From Bugula neritina (lineage: Eukaryota > Animalia > Bryozoa), in NCBI GenBank assembly GCA_964035545.1, contig OZ037766.1:5880722-5944721 (forward strand): a stretch of DNA of 64,000 bases, read 5' to 3'. Numbering within the stretch: the stretch's first letter is position 1; each line of letters starts with the position of its first letter. Both the position numbers and the translations under genes were made by a program. The notes beneath the pieces are model-generated. The model did not search any database. It was not told the origin of the DNA and saw only the letters and a list, made by a program, of their open reading frames with translations. Shown here piece by piece: positions 1 through 14,308 of this stretch.

Positions 1-3000
1 TCAATTGAAGCTACTATAACATGGTAAAGTGTTAGGCTTACCAAATTGTTCATCCTAATTACACACTGTTTGTGAAACTAAATTATGCAATACTTAATTA
101 TTACAAAGCAATGTTTTCGAGAATAAATTGTAGCATTTAATATAAGTTTATTACCTACTTTTTAAACCGATATAATATTTTAATAAATTTATAGTCAACT
201 GCAAAGGATGTTTAGGATGATTAAACTGTGGTTATGTAAACATCTTTTCATTTTAGGATAGAGAATGCTTTGGCCAAGTTAGACTCTGTTAGTGACATGT
301 TAGACTTCTACAAGCTGAGTTTGCCCAGTTTTCCACCGCCGGTCCTACTTTTCGATTCTGATGATCAGAAACTGAGAGATGGCCTTGATAAAGATTTAGA
401 CTGGAAACCTGATGTTTCTGCCAGTTTGTATTAGAAAATGCTTCCACTGGTTCAATACCTGCATAGTAACAATTAGGATTATAAACTTGTTCTCCTCAGT
501 TAGTGATTGGTGAAAAATGTCACATGACTAGTAAGAGCTCATTGCATGTGATACTCTTTATGTTCACCTCTGTATTCTAAATTTTCTCTGTTTATACTTC
601 ATCATAAAATGTCTCTTCAAGAAATATTATGTAGGAGTCTAGTATATTTTCCAAAGGTGCAAAACATTAAATTAATTTAGTCATATGATGTAAAGTAACT
701 GATGCCGTTTACACTATGATTCATTTAATCATTATTTCATCAGCAAACATTTAAAAGTTTACCTAAACGTCGAAAGTTGACCATTTTAGTTTAGCTTGCT
801 GTTTTTATTGTCATGCATTTTAAATTGTGATACTTGATATCATCATAATTAGAAGTTTTCATCTCTATTTTCAGTGACTCCGTGTAACGTGTTTCGATAT
901 AAAAATGTGGAAGATGACGCTGAAGCGCCGTGGACAGTCAAAAGTCAAAGTTCGCTCATTTCTGCTGAGTCAATCAGTTATTTAGCTACCAACATCGTCT
1001 CTTGCAAACAAAGGTAGTTTGTTTGCAAACTCTGTAAACACTGGAATGTTGGTTTTAAACCTAATTCAAATAAGTGCTAGGTGCTACTGCAATAAAACTC
1101 ATGCAAGTTTATTGTTACCATCTCTGTAAGACAACCCCTGATGGAAGAGGTTTTTTGTTAAATTGGGCTAAAGACTTATCTAGATAGGGCACAGAAGCAA
1201 TTATGACTAAAAGCTCTTCCTAACATCACCAATGGCCTATTTCGGGCCTCGAACCCATGACCTCCTGCTTACTAGGCAAATGCTGTAACCCCTAGACCAT
1301 GGCTGCTCCTTCTAAGTGCTACTGTGATAAAACTATAAATTTACAATGATGGCTGTTGGTCATAATTTCTAGCTAATCCATCAGTGGGTCATTTTTATGC
1401 GTTGATTCTTTATACAAGGAAATATGGTAGATGGAAAACAAGAAAAATTGCAAATCTATTTTAAAGTTCCTAAGGTACTAGAAGACTATTTAAAACACGT
1501 TGCTATAGGTTGTGTACAGCTGCCTTGAATAACATTTTAGTATAGCCTTATTATAATAGTTTTGCAACATTTAAAGTCACCAGGTCATGTCATCATCTTG
1601 TAAGCTTGGTGTGATACTGCAAAGCAATAACATAATAACCAATTATGAGTAATATTACTTTATTTTCTTTTTCTTTGCATTAAAAGTCACTTGGCTTTGC
1701 TTGCAGGTGTCTTGTGGAACAATCATTTGACTGCAAAGCCGTTACGTTTGGATTCAACCGCTGTCTGCTTCACAGCCAGACATACGAAGAAGTTGATGAA
1801 TCCAAACGGTTTGATAATATTGACGATGAACAGTATTTTGCATTACCAAGTTGCCCCACAGGTAAAAAATTATCTTTAGTTTTGTTTGTATCTACATATT
1901 GTTTGTATTTTTATTTCCTTTGTAACATACCACTAAACATTTTTCCTGTAATTTAATTTGTTATATATATATAAGTAGACAATATTTATTTACTATACAG
2001 TTTTATACTATACATTAAAGTTGATACATTTCCAACCATATTTCACTTTTCACGAGAAGAAATAGCTGATGATTTTTCAAGTGTTCCATATTATTTTACA
2101 TCTATTTTCTTTGACGATTTAGTTTCTATTCAGCTTCTGTATAATTTGTTTCAGCAACCACCAACAGTTTCTCTCAGCTGCTACTAGCAGTAAAAGCTCT
2201 TTCCAATGGCATGTATGCAGTTGCTTTAGAGAAGTTGGAGGAGGCTATTGAGAAGGACGAGTTTATGGGTATGCCTAAAATCCTGAAGGCTATAGTTTTG
2301 CTGTAAGTTATTTCTAACCACAGTCTAACTAATTGACAACGTATGAAACTGTAAAAGTTGTTATTGTGTTTTAAACAATGTCCGACAAAAATAGCACGGG
2401 TAAAAATGGCACAGGTAATAATGGCGAAAAAGGCAAAGTAGGTATAAAAATGGCACATTTTTTATTTTAGGGTTTGGGGTGGGGTTGGATGTTTAGGGTA
2501 AGGGTTTAGGTTTGGAAATGGAGATTCGAGTTCGGGGTTGGGAATATTTTACATCATTGTGTCATTTTTTCCTACTTTTCCATGTGGGCCCTTATTATTG
2601 GTGCCTTTATTACTTGTGCTATTTTTACTGTGCTAGTTTTACCTGTGCCATTTTTACCTGTGCCATTTTTGTCAGTGCCATTGTTACCTAAAATCGTTTT
2701 AAACAGTCTATGGTGGGACAACTCTATAAAATATTAGAAGTTGATCTTCACTAATATGCTAATCTAATGTATTGTATATACCTTGATTGCAATATTCTAT
2801 AGCTAATCACACATAATAAGTAAGCTATATTAACTTTGATGTCACAAGTTTATCTGCTCACCATGACTAAATAAATAAAAAATGGAAAAAGTTTCTCACA
2901 CTACTGACAAAAAAGCCAGTCAACATTTGTGTGCGTTTTTCCACAACTGTAATAAACTTAGTGTGAGATCTTACTGTTCTAGTGCGCAGTGCTCTAGTCG

Positions 3001-6000
3001 TGTGCAGGAGGCCAGTGATTTGTTGGCAGAGCCAGCCTTTGAGACAGAATATGAGAAGATACTCAAGCTAGCAGTGCAGAGCATCCTTGCTGGCAACCTG
3101 CAAGATGCACGAAACTATTTTCAGGTTTTTTCTCTCTTCTTTCATTCACAACATATGCTTTTGCTTTTCATAATCTGAGAAAGTTAATTAAATAAAGATA
3201 ATTTTGTTGCTAGAAATAGTCAACCTATTTGTAGAATATTAATCTGAAAGTTAAGACTTGAACCACTAAGCTGATGGTAAAGTAAAAAATAGCCTAGATA
3301 CCTGTATAGAATGGTTTTACTATACATTATATGAAAATGCTAAGCCAATTTTGCTATTCCTTTCCATTACATTTTTAATTGAATACTAACTTTCATTGTA
3401 TGACATATACTATAATAAATTATATATCTATTATATATATTCAAGTACACATGATATACTATATTAGAGTGTAAACATACTATATTCAAATGTACTAGAT
3501 TAAAGTATCCCTGTTCGAAAATACTATATTAGTTAATAGAATCAATCAAAAATTAACATTGCAAATTGTAGGATTTGGCTGATGACTATCCAAGTGACCC
3601 GGTTGTTAACTCCTTGAGACAAGATCTGGTAAATGTGGTGAGTAACTAGTGTACACACTAAATAGCCAAGTCTACAGTGAAAGACTGCTTTACCAGATAA
3701 ATAAAAAACCGTATTATTAACAATATGTTTATCATTCTCTGTCACAATTGATCAAATACAGTATCACCTGTTAGGGTTTATTTTTATTGTTGTATACAAG
3801 ACATCTAATTGCTGCTATGTAGTCTATAAATGAGGTGAGAATTTCTCATACCTCTTCCTGTCAAATTTAATGCAGAATATACATAACATTTTGTTACAAT
3901 TATGAATTGTACAGTGTGATGTTTATTATTTGCTAAAGTTTACAATTTACTTTTCCTAAACACTAGAACAATAATGGAGGACCTGTTCTTGCTGCCGACT
4001 ACATTTCAATAATCAACCAGGATGTTGAAGATGCTGACGAGGAGATTGCAGCTCTGCGCACGCTATCTCCTGCCTCTGCCAGACCTCAGTAAGTGTAGTC
4101 AGCTGCTAAGGCAGCGAGTTTGTTATCTACTATAAAGCTATACATTATTTATAGAGCTTAGACTTGCCAAAACAAAATTTTTGAACATATCCTATCTCAT
4201 CGGTTAAATTGTGCATGAAAATTAATTATATGATTTCGATGCAAGACCTATGTCACACTTGTCTTCTAGACCACTCTGACCCGTTTTATCTTATTGGCTA
4301 AGCTACAAAAGAACAAAATATGTTATGTTGTAGCATTTTATTTGAAACATTCTCATGTTATATGGTAGATGGGCAGCTGACAAATGTTTGATAATCAATG
4401 AAACCAGAGCTGTGGTTTTAATAGACTTAAAAACTTCTATTTTGTCTAGCAATATTTTTCTCTCACTACTACCAGCTTTAAGCTTTGTCTGCATGTCATT
4501 TCTGCATTGTAGTTTATATGAAGCCTACCAGCTATACTTAAGTGGAAAATGGACGGAGTTGATAGGCAAAATCAATGCCATAGAAGAAGATGATTATTTA
4601 GATTATGATTCCGAGAGCCCACTCAAGCACCTTGCTGTTCAACTCAAGCACTTTGCATTGGTCCAGGTTTGTACACTGTTTAGTACATCACCAAAAATGC
4701 TAAATTCTAGACCATTAGTAGTCCAAACAGAATTACTTACAGTTTAAAAGTTGCAAACAGTGTTTTATAGTAGTTATTTTTGATACTAACTTTTTGCTAG
4801 TGCATTTTTTATTATTAATATCCCTGAATCTTACTAGCACACTTTATTGATTCCAGTATTTCGTAAGTTTTTGAAGGGGTATTGTAATTTAAATTATAAA
4901 TATATGCACAAAAACACACAAACGCACACATGCATATGTATAATTATATATTTTATATATGATGCATACTTACATTTAGTAACTGAAGCACTTTTTAATG
5001 TATTACATCGAATGTTTTCTTTAGAAAGGACAGTTTAATAAAGCTACTGAATTGTATGAAGAATACAAAGACACAGAGCAGTTGTCTGCCTTCATGTATG
5101 CTGCTCAGACATACACACAACTAATAGATTCAGTAAGTAACTCTCAATCATATCTAAAGCCCTGCACTCAAACATGATAAGTTAAATATTGGTTAATGGA
5201 AATTTTGTTTAAAAATTTAGTTTCTAAATGTTTGGCTGCTGATCTAAATTCTTATCATTTCAAGCGTTCAACTGTAGCATATATTGTGCCTGTGAATAAT
5301 TTAACCGAATTCCATATTTTATTGTGCCTTATGGTTGTGTTCATATATTATGAAATCACAATTATCTTTATAATGCTGTGCTCCCACCCAGACTACATGT
5401 CATAAAATGACATAACCTGACTATATCATGGCAACATGTCACAAGACTTCCTGTTGTTACGATGTTCCCAGCCTTAATTTATTATGTCACTAGATTGCTT
5501 GTCAAGGCATGTCATCATCGGACCCTGTGCCATGACACAATGTCTCTAGACCACACAATGTTATGACACAATGTCACATATAGACAACATTATGTTATGA
5601 CATATTGTCACTAGACTACATTATGTCATGACATGATGACACTAGGCTACATGTTCTAGCACATTGTCACTAAACTAGCCATGACATACATGTGTGATTG
5701 TGTCTTACAATAGGCAGCTAGACCATCCTTGGGAGATAAAGGAGAGTTTGAAGCTGCTGGAGACTGTGACATCAATAACAATATTGCTGACGTCGTTTAC
5801 TGGGCTATGAGTGGTGCTGTGGTATTCACAAGTGACAGTGATGACACCATAAAGTCAGCAAGAGTAAGATTCTACACTAAGCAATATTATTTTGTTGCCT
5901 GTAGCATAAATTTACTTAAGTGCAAGTACATAATTAACTGTTCCTCATCATGATGCAGTATGATATAATAATACTACACGGTTATTGGCCCTTGGTCTCA

Positions 6001-9000
6001 ACCTTCTATCAATTCAGTTTCTTAACATATTTCGAGAATTTTTACTATATTTGAATGTCTTCATAAAAAATTTTCAATCATCGGTACAATTTGTACATGT
6101 CAATGTTTTGCCTCTCTTTTTACTGCAATTTATGTTTTGTATTTATGTCACAGTTGTCAAAGATCAGCACAGATATAAATGCGTTGTTTGCCCCTGAGCT
6201 ATCTGTCTGGAAGTTTGTAGCCCAAGCATTCTATGAGTAAGTAGTCAGCATATTGGTGCCATTTTAATAATTACAGGTTAGAGAAAATTTAGATTAGAGT
6301 TTTAGCATGTGAATAAGGAAATTTAAATAAGTTATCGCTTTTCATTTCAACTTGAGATTTGTTTGCTATAACCATGCTTACAAACCAATGATCATGTTAC
6401 TATTCTAGTATGCCTGTAATTTGCTTGGCAATATACCTTAATTTTACTTTATAGAATATGTAATGCTTGTAGATTTGGTGACTCTCTTGATGCTGCAACA
6501 GAGGCTGCTGAATCATCAGATCAAATATACTTGTCTCCGTCCTTTGACCGATCGCTTGTCAGTGTCACCCTCATTTCGGCTGAAGAGCTTCTAGCCTGGG
6601 CTCGACTCGCTCAAGGCAACACCAACTTTGAGGAAACTGAAAGATTACTCAACACTGGCTCGTCATCTTCAAATAGAGCTGGTGTGCTTTTATCATATTT
6701 ACAGTATTTATCGTTTGTTTTCAACAACTGCATTAAATGCATCTCTATTTTCTTACACTCTTTTGGTACCCGTTTAAGTTTTGAAATTAATTCAATGAAG
6801 CTACACTTCATACCTATATATTCTATCTATTACATAGTCTGCTATTTTTCAATACAAATATCATTGCAAAATGCAAACATTTACATACATACATAAAATT
6901 TTGATGATTTCCTTTTACAAAAATTTGAAATTTAGATTGCGCAATATTCTGCGGACTTTTTCAAGATTCTGCTCAAAAAAGATCTCTCTTTTTTAGCAGA
7001 ATTCTATGCCTACTGCAGGCTCCTGAGAATTTATACTGTTGGTATATTTTATCCAAACTATCAAGAGTGCTGTGAACTATGTTACAATATAATGACTATT
7101 TGCTAGTTACACTGTGGCTGAAGTATAGACTGTACAGAGACTGGAGAGGAGTTGATGCCAGTAAGCGGAACGAGTCAATATCAGCAGCCGAGGAATTTGT
7201 TGAGCTTTGGGCTGACAGCGATAACACAACCGAAGGCAGTTTTTACTACGTAAGTATAATGCTGCTACATATATTTATGAATTAGCATTGGCTCAGTGGA
7301 TAAAGGCTGATGATTCAAATTTCTCAAGAGTGTTTAGTGATGTTGGGAAATGGATTAAGTGAAAATTGTCCCTAAGCTGTGTTGCTAGCCTAAGAAAAAA
7401 GTACATAACCCTAAAACCTTTTTAATTTAATGATATCCATAAAATGTATATTAATACACGAATTACTACTAAGTAGTATATGAGTATATTACCTCAAGAA
7501 GAAATAATGTATATATAATTACTGAATTTTTCTAGACTATGTCTTTAAAAGGTACTTTAATTTAGCTGATTTTATATTCAATAAAATATTTTCAAAAATG
7601 ATTTAAGATATAAAAAGAGGTGCAATACACAAAATTAGGTTTCTCTTTTTTCTGACCATTGCTATCATTCAACTGTCATATTTTGCCACTTTCTGAACAC
7701 AAAGCTATGTTGACAGGCAATAGCAGACTATAGCAAGTACCCTGATCCAGTTGATGACTACATAGTCAACTTTAACACTCAGGCCTCATCAACTAACCTG
7801 CCAGTCTGGGCTATATGGACTATCATAGGCATATCTGCAGGCGTCTTAGTTGCCATCGTCATCAGCTGTATTGTTGTAAGTTGTGTTACTTGTGGGTGTT
7901 ATGTAATGTCGGGACATGTGCATATTTGTTGATCCAAGAAAATATCTAATATCTAAAATTAAAAATACTTGTAAACCTGTAGTTGTAAATTTGTCATGTT
8001 CAACTCTTATTTTAATTGAAGAAACAAATATTTAATATTTAAAGTAAAACAATGCCATAATTCAATTACGGTTTAAAGAGCTTCAGAAATTACATGTAAT
8101 ACATTTTGCAAATTAACATTTGCCCATATGTATATGTACTTTCTTGGACTCAATATACATCCAATATAACTAAATTCCATGTTGTATATTATCCTTATTA
8201 CTATGTTTTACTTATTGCAAAATTTTTTTACTCGCTGTGAATTTGATGATGCCTTTGATTGTTGCAAACAGTGCTAATGATGTAGCGGTGTGATATAATA
8301 ATGTTGTTGTACTGTTACTATGGTTACAGTGGCTCTGTGTCAGAGAACGTAAGGGAGATGGAGAGAAGAAGAGAGTATACAGTGGAAGTATTCACTCTGC
8401 TAACAGTTTCCAAGACAACGTAATCCCAGGTCACGGAGAGGTCATGTATATAGGTCAAATGAGTGAAGGTAAGGTCAAACAACTCCCTACATTAAACTAA
8501 GGAATGCATATTTTAATTATTGTTGGGCAAACCAAGTGTGGTGTGTTTGAGATACTGGTCAACTCACAATTTGCATAGCCTAGCCCTGCTAAAAGACTTT
8601 CCTATGACTATATACTAAAATATAACAGTTTTATGCTTTTGTTATGCAATATCTGTATTCTGCTTTGTTATCCTATTAGTTTTTATCAATAATTACTGCC
8701 TTAATACCTTATTAGCCTTTTAAAAACATCAGTAAGTATTCATCGGCCATGAAAATAATTTTCAACTGCATGAAAATGTGCTGATTTGAATGTTATGTTA
8801 TGTTGTGTCTAGTTGTGTATTGCTTATAACTACTAATTCAGAGTGAAAAAACCTCTTCAACACAATTATTGTCTGCATGCTTTTAAATCTCAACTTTCTT
8901 GGTATTGTATTGTCACTTTACTTATAGTTTCAGCCACTCTTTCCTTTGTATTATGTCTCTCATCAAAGCAATTGACACTGTTTTATGTTCAAATTGAATT

Positions 9001-9203
9001 TAAGTTTTTTTTTCATTTGTAAGACATATGGGGTTTACTGCAATTTTTTCATGATGGTTTAATTTACCTCTTCAATAACTGCCATAGTTTAGTGCCACAG
9101 AAAAAATTCACATTACATGAGCTTAAAATTTTGATTGTCTATGACAAACTTTATTTCTGTAGACACCATGGGAGATCAAGCAGAAATGGACTTTAAGAAC
9201 TGA
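1..9203 (+). CDS. 5'-truncated multi-exon gene: type I membrane protein with PAN/Apple domain, TPR-like helical ectodomain, TM helix and short cytoplasmic tail (712 aa visible)
   Basis: 17 phase-compatible GT-AG exons: 1-23, 257-423, 875-1013, 1707-1861, 2155-2302, 2983-3124, 3572-3628, 3967-4088, 4513-4666, 5025-5132, 5714-5863, 6154-6236, 6473-6681, 7107-7249, 7717-7875, 8330-8468, 9163-9203 (TGA). PAN motif CNVF...SCKQRCLVEQSFDCKAVTFGFNRCLLHS...YFALPSC. TPR-like helices, e.g. ALSNGMYAVALEKLEEAIEKDEF and KGQFNKATELYEEY. TM VWAIWTIIGISAGVLVAIVISCIVWLCV followed by basic RERK. Confidence 0.85.
1100..1315 (-). mobile_element. tRNA-derived SINE in intron
   Basis: Minus strand reads GGAGCAGCCATGGTCTAGGGGTT...GGTTCGAGGCCC (A/B-box-like). 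Flanked by an imperfect 19-bp direct repeat GTGCTACTG(CA/TG)ATAAAACT at 1081-1099 and 1316-1334. A second copy lies at about 55010. Confidence 0.75.
2378..2695. mobile_element. Foldback-type MITE with GGTAAAAATGGCAC subterminal repeats (Mutator-like by TSD length)
   Basis: Inverted arrays AAAAATGGCAC / GTGCCATTTTT around a TAGGGTT-like core. Direct repeat GTTTTAAACA at 2368-2377 and 2696-2705. Confidence 0.65.
5390..5695. repeat. Degenerate minisatellite (CATGACACAATGTCACTAGAC-like units) in intron
   Basis: Recurrent ATGACAC / TGTCAC / CTAGAC motifs at roughly 28-30 bp spacing. Confidence 0.55.
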
Positions 9204-9860
9204 AGCTGTGTTTACACCTGGAATATGTAACCAGCTAGATGATTGGTTCTATATCAGCTATACAGAACGCTTTCCTTCTATGTACAACTGGTTATTAATG
9301 CAAACTTACATTCCATTTCAGACATTACAATGAATGATTAAAACTCTATAAGTATAAACTCTTTATATTACGCTAGTAGTTTACTAATGTTAATGGTTTT
9401 GTCATCTCTTTTCAGCTTACTGCGAGCAGAAAAACAAAGCAACCTTTCTTATACTTGTGATATCTATTTTGGTTTGTAGGCTTTAAATCTTTTTTGTAAC
9501 TCATTGAAGACATGTAACATGGCTCCTCTAAGCATTTCACACTTGGCATTTAAAATCATGGGTCATTTTAAGTACTCACACATGTATGTAGATGCCTGCA
9601 AGTAAAATTAGTTTTAGATCATAAAATCGGTCAGCTTCATAAAATGGAACCAAAAAATGAAGTTATAATACTGTCATCTGCTTTGTATGCTAAAAAATAG
9701 GTGAATATTTTTTATAAATTCTGTATAACTAAAGTTTCATCTACTCAAACTTCCTCCTAATAAACTTTGAGTTTTTCTTACACGTGTACATTTTTATAGC
9801 ATCTTTTTCACTGCACTTATATATTTATTGCCTTTTATACTAGCATAACAATGTACTGTA

Positions 9861-9866
9861 AATAAA
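9861..9866 (+). promoter_or_regulatory. Candidate polyadenylation signal of the PAN-TPR-TM gene
   Basis: AATAAA about 660 nt after the stop codon, followed by T/GT-rich sequence. The background is AT-rich, so the motif is not unique. Confidence 0.4.
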
Positions 9867-11296
9867 ATATAATAATACAATACAATTAGTTGATTTGTGC
9901 ATTATGGTTAAGACACATTGTATTATTTTGGCTTATCAGAAAGGTTTCTTATCATGAGCATAAAACAAGTCCCAATTTAACTCTACAAACTGATAAGGAA
10001 ACCATATGGACACCTGTATGATCATGTGTCTTTAAAATGTTGCAGCTTGTTAGCATCAAAATTATTTAACAATATGCAAAATGTTGGCATGGCACACCTG
10101 ATTACTGTTGTCAATTGCCATGGCATGCACATAAAATAGCCACGTTTTTAGTTAGGAAGAGGAAGGTTCAAAGTAGATTATTATGCGTTTATTTAATACA
10201 AAAAAACACAAGTAAAACTATACATCAACTATAAACACCTTACATAATTGCAGACAGAGCGTACACAACCTAGCAATAGCTGTCTGACTACCGGCTATCC
10301 TAGCGTGATAGCTGTCAGCTCTAATTACTAAGCTCCTCCCATTGTCCATAGCGTAGGTTAGTAGCGCAGTAGGCAATTACTAGCAGCCGAGTAGATGATG
10401 GACGCTACGCATTACGATAATAGAGAAGTAGCAGGAGAGTTGTCCTTTCGATACATAAGATAACTCCCTACACAAATTCTTGCAATACAACAAGCAAACT
10501 TTGCGAGGTTTTAATTTACAATACTTATAATGGTTATAATGAGGATATACATGTAATACTTTAAAGCCCACAGTAATGCTATTCTAGTGTTGAAAGACGT
10601 TTTTTCAAAGTTGATGGTGGTAACAATGGTTTTGTTCTTAATTTTATAATAATTAATAATATTGCAAAACTAAAACATGCTTCTTTATTGATGCATAGAT
10701 GTTATGAGTTACGATTATGCTGAAATAGAAGCAATAGTTAGGAAAAATTTTACCATATACATAAGCCATATATTGCAATAGTTCAATAATATCGTAATTG
10801 TTTTTGACCAAATGAAAATTTGGACTCCAATATATTTGTTATTATTCTTGGCTGCTATAATTTTTCATTGCTTTGTACTACAAACTGTTTCAATATGATG
10901 CAAAGTGACTGTTGAAAGTGTAAGATTTAAATTCTTGGATAAGATTGTTACAAGGGAACATTGTAACAATTTTTGCATAACATTTTATGTAATTGGAAAG
11001 TTATTTGATCATATATATCTTGCTAATTAAATATTCTAAAATGCTAATTATAAATTCTGAATTGTTAATTATATATTCTGAATACTGAATAGTTTTTAGT
11101 GGTTAACAAACAGTGATTGAGCTCTCTAATCATGGTTATAAACTTCTAAAGTGTTTTGAGCTCTCTAGTTAGAGTTTACACATCTTTTAAATATGCTCCA
11201 GTAAGGCTAATAAAAGGAGGCACGCAACCCAGTGTAGTCAGTCTACTGCCAGCACTGGGCAAGGATACATCGAGGAGCCATGGGACAAAGACCGCC

Positions 11297-11875
<579 letters not shown>

Positions 11876-12689
11876 TATATATATATATAAGAAGTTATCC
11901 ACTCGGACTCCCTTTTCTTAAATATTCTTATTTATTTATTGATAATAAATAGATTTATTTGACAAAGAGTCGCTGTGTTTGTATCAGCTGAAACCCACAC
12001 CTATAATTTCATGCAGCGAATAATAACATTCCACGCATAAATTATTACACAGATTGAAGTATATATACATATATATTACATACACGGCCGCGCACATGCA
12101 CACAGGCAGTTTATCAGGGTTCTCCCCAGAACAAGTTTGTGCTGAAATAGAACATCTTGAAACAGCGTGTAAGTGAAAAACTGGGCAGATGTAAACAACG
12201 AGATCTTGAAAGTGCTAACTAAATAATTTTGATTGATTTCAACAATCAATGCTTTTACAAAGGAATGAGTTTTAGACATTGTAAACAATGTCATCTAAAA
12301 ATATTGAATTTCAAAACTGATCAACTAATTAAAAAAGATTTCCCATTACCTATAATATAACTCCTCTTTATAGTTTATGTTGGAATATAGTTAATGTGGA
12401 TGATATTGTCTTTCCTACATTACTGGAAGCTATAATCAGTGTAAGTGTCAAGAGAGTGCATCTATCTCAAACTGTGCCAATCAACGCTTAACTTAATAAA
12501 ATAGTTTACTACTCATACAAAAAAAGTTCCTACAAATTTTTGAAAATAAGTCTTCAATTTCTCACATCATTGAAAAACAAAGTTTTATGTTAGTGTCTAT
12601 TTTATTGTTTTAGAATATTTTGCTTACAACAAACTCACTTTATTTACTTTGGAATATCTACTTATTTGTAGTTTTGCCAAATAAAGTAT

Positions 12690-12891
12690 TAATATGCCCA
12701 CAAGTTGACCTTTTTATATGAAGCCTTGTGATTGGTTAAATAGTTATATTTTTGACCGCCAAAAGGCTTTTTAAGCTGTTTTACAAGGAAGTAGCTGGAT
12801 AGTGATTGTGATAACATCCATTTGAATGGAAGAGCTTAGCTAACATTTCTAACAGACTGACAAACTCTGCCTGGAAAAAACTCTATCTGGT
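12690..12891 (+). promoter_or_regulatory. Putative promoter and non-coding first exon of paralogue A
   Basis: TTGTGATTGG (inverted CCAAT) at about 12726-12735, AGGAAGTAGCT at about 12786, donor GTAAGTTTTTA at 12890. The same motif order recurs upstream of B and C. Confidence 0.55.
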
Positions 12892-14308
12892 AAGTTTTTA
12901 TTATAGTACTTTATACGTTAGTTGCTTTGAATATAAGTGAATATACAGATTGTTTTTAAGCAGTACACATATAGAGGTAATAAATAACTGATTAGAAATA
13001 ATTTCAAGTTGCATGCGTGTTTTGTACCCAGGCTGTGATCTACACTATATATGAAACTAATATATGCTCATGTGTGGAGTGAATATAAGATTTGTCCATA
13101 ATGTGACAGGCAGTTTCATGTTTTCGGAAAATGCTTCTTAGTTCCTTGATCAGTTTTAGTTGCATAATCAATTGGTCTTATACTTAAATTTTACGTATTG
13201 AGAGCATTATAGTTTTTTGCACCTAGAAGGCTGTGATCCTGTATAATTGGGTAGTCGTTTTGTGAACTTCAAGCCCAATCAGTGAGCGTCATTATAGTTC
13301 TTTGCTGAGTTCCATACAAATATAATATACAAATATTTACATCAGAAAAATAAATTATATGATGAAGAAAGTCAACCGTATATGCAATTAATCTGTTGTA
13401 TAATGTTTAACGGGCATGTTTTCTAGGTATTTTTAACTCCACTGTTCAATGTACCTCTGCAGTGTGCAAGTACAGTGTTTACTAGAATCATTAGTCTCAA
13501 ACTATTTATTCTGTCAATAGCAAGGTGACAGTAAGTAGTAAAAACAAAGCAGGTGTACATTACTCCTCCAACTCAGCAGTGTTATGAGATAACTGCCTGA
13601 GGTTGTAGGTGTAGTATGTCCATTGCAGTATTAAACATATAGCTGTGAGCTAGAACGCTAATAATATTGCGACCTCTCAACTAATCTATGGCCTGTATCT
13701 AGTTATAGTGAAACTGACGCAATCTCTACTGTCAAGCTGCGCACATTTAGTTTATTTCCTTGTGTCTTTTCTAATACTAAACAACCAACTTGCATTAGCT
13801 TAAAGCAATGAAACAGAAGCGCAACTGTAAATCAAGATAGGTCCTTGTAATGGTTGACCTAATAACCCTTGACCTTCTATTGAACTCATCTCTATATGTC
13901 TGTTTTGGCTAGAACTTATCTACCTTGGCACTATGAGCAAAAAAATATTTGTAACACAATTTTTTTTCAAATTACTTTTCAAATATATTTTCTCACTAAT
14001 TGGTAGTTAATGTAGAAAATTATTATCTATAATATAGTATGCATTTTGACAACCAAAGAATAAGTGAAAGGACATTAGTGTCACAAATGAACTATTATTT
14101 TCAATAATTGTTACTTTCCTCATAAATTACATTTCTTTGCAAATTTCATGAAGTATTTATTGACAAATAACATATTTATTTTTGTAATTTTGAAGTGTAT
14201 CAATTGATTAAATATGCAATAGCAAGTTCATCCGTATATCTGTTTAATATTAATGCTGTGAATTTAAACTCCTGTTTCAGATTCCAAGGATTTATTTCCA
14301 ACTTCAAC

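Noticed and set aside
6997-7106. Upstream acceptor for the 7107-7249 exon
   Set aside because: An in-frame TGA at 7073-7075 blocks it, whereas the 7107 acceptor gives the correct phase.
10130-10490. LTR-like composition on the minus strand
   Set aside because: Only one plausible terminus and no TSD found, so it cannot be delimited.
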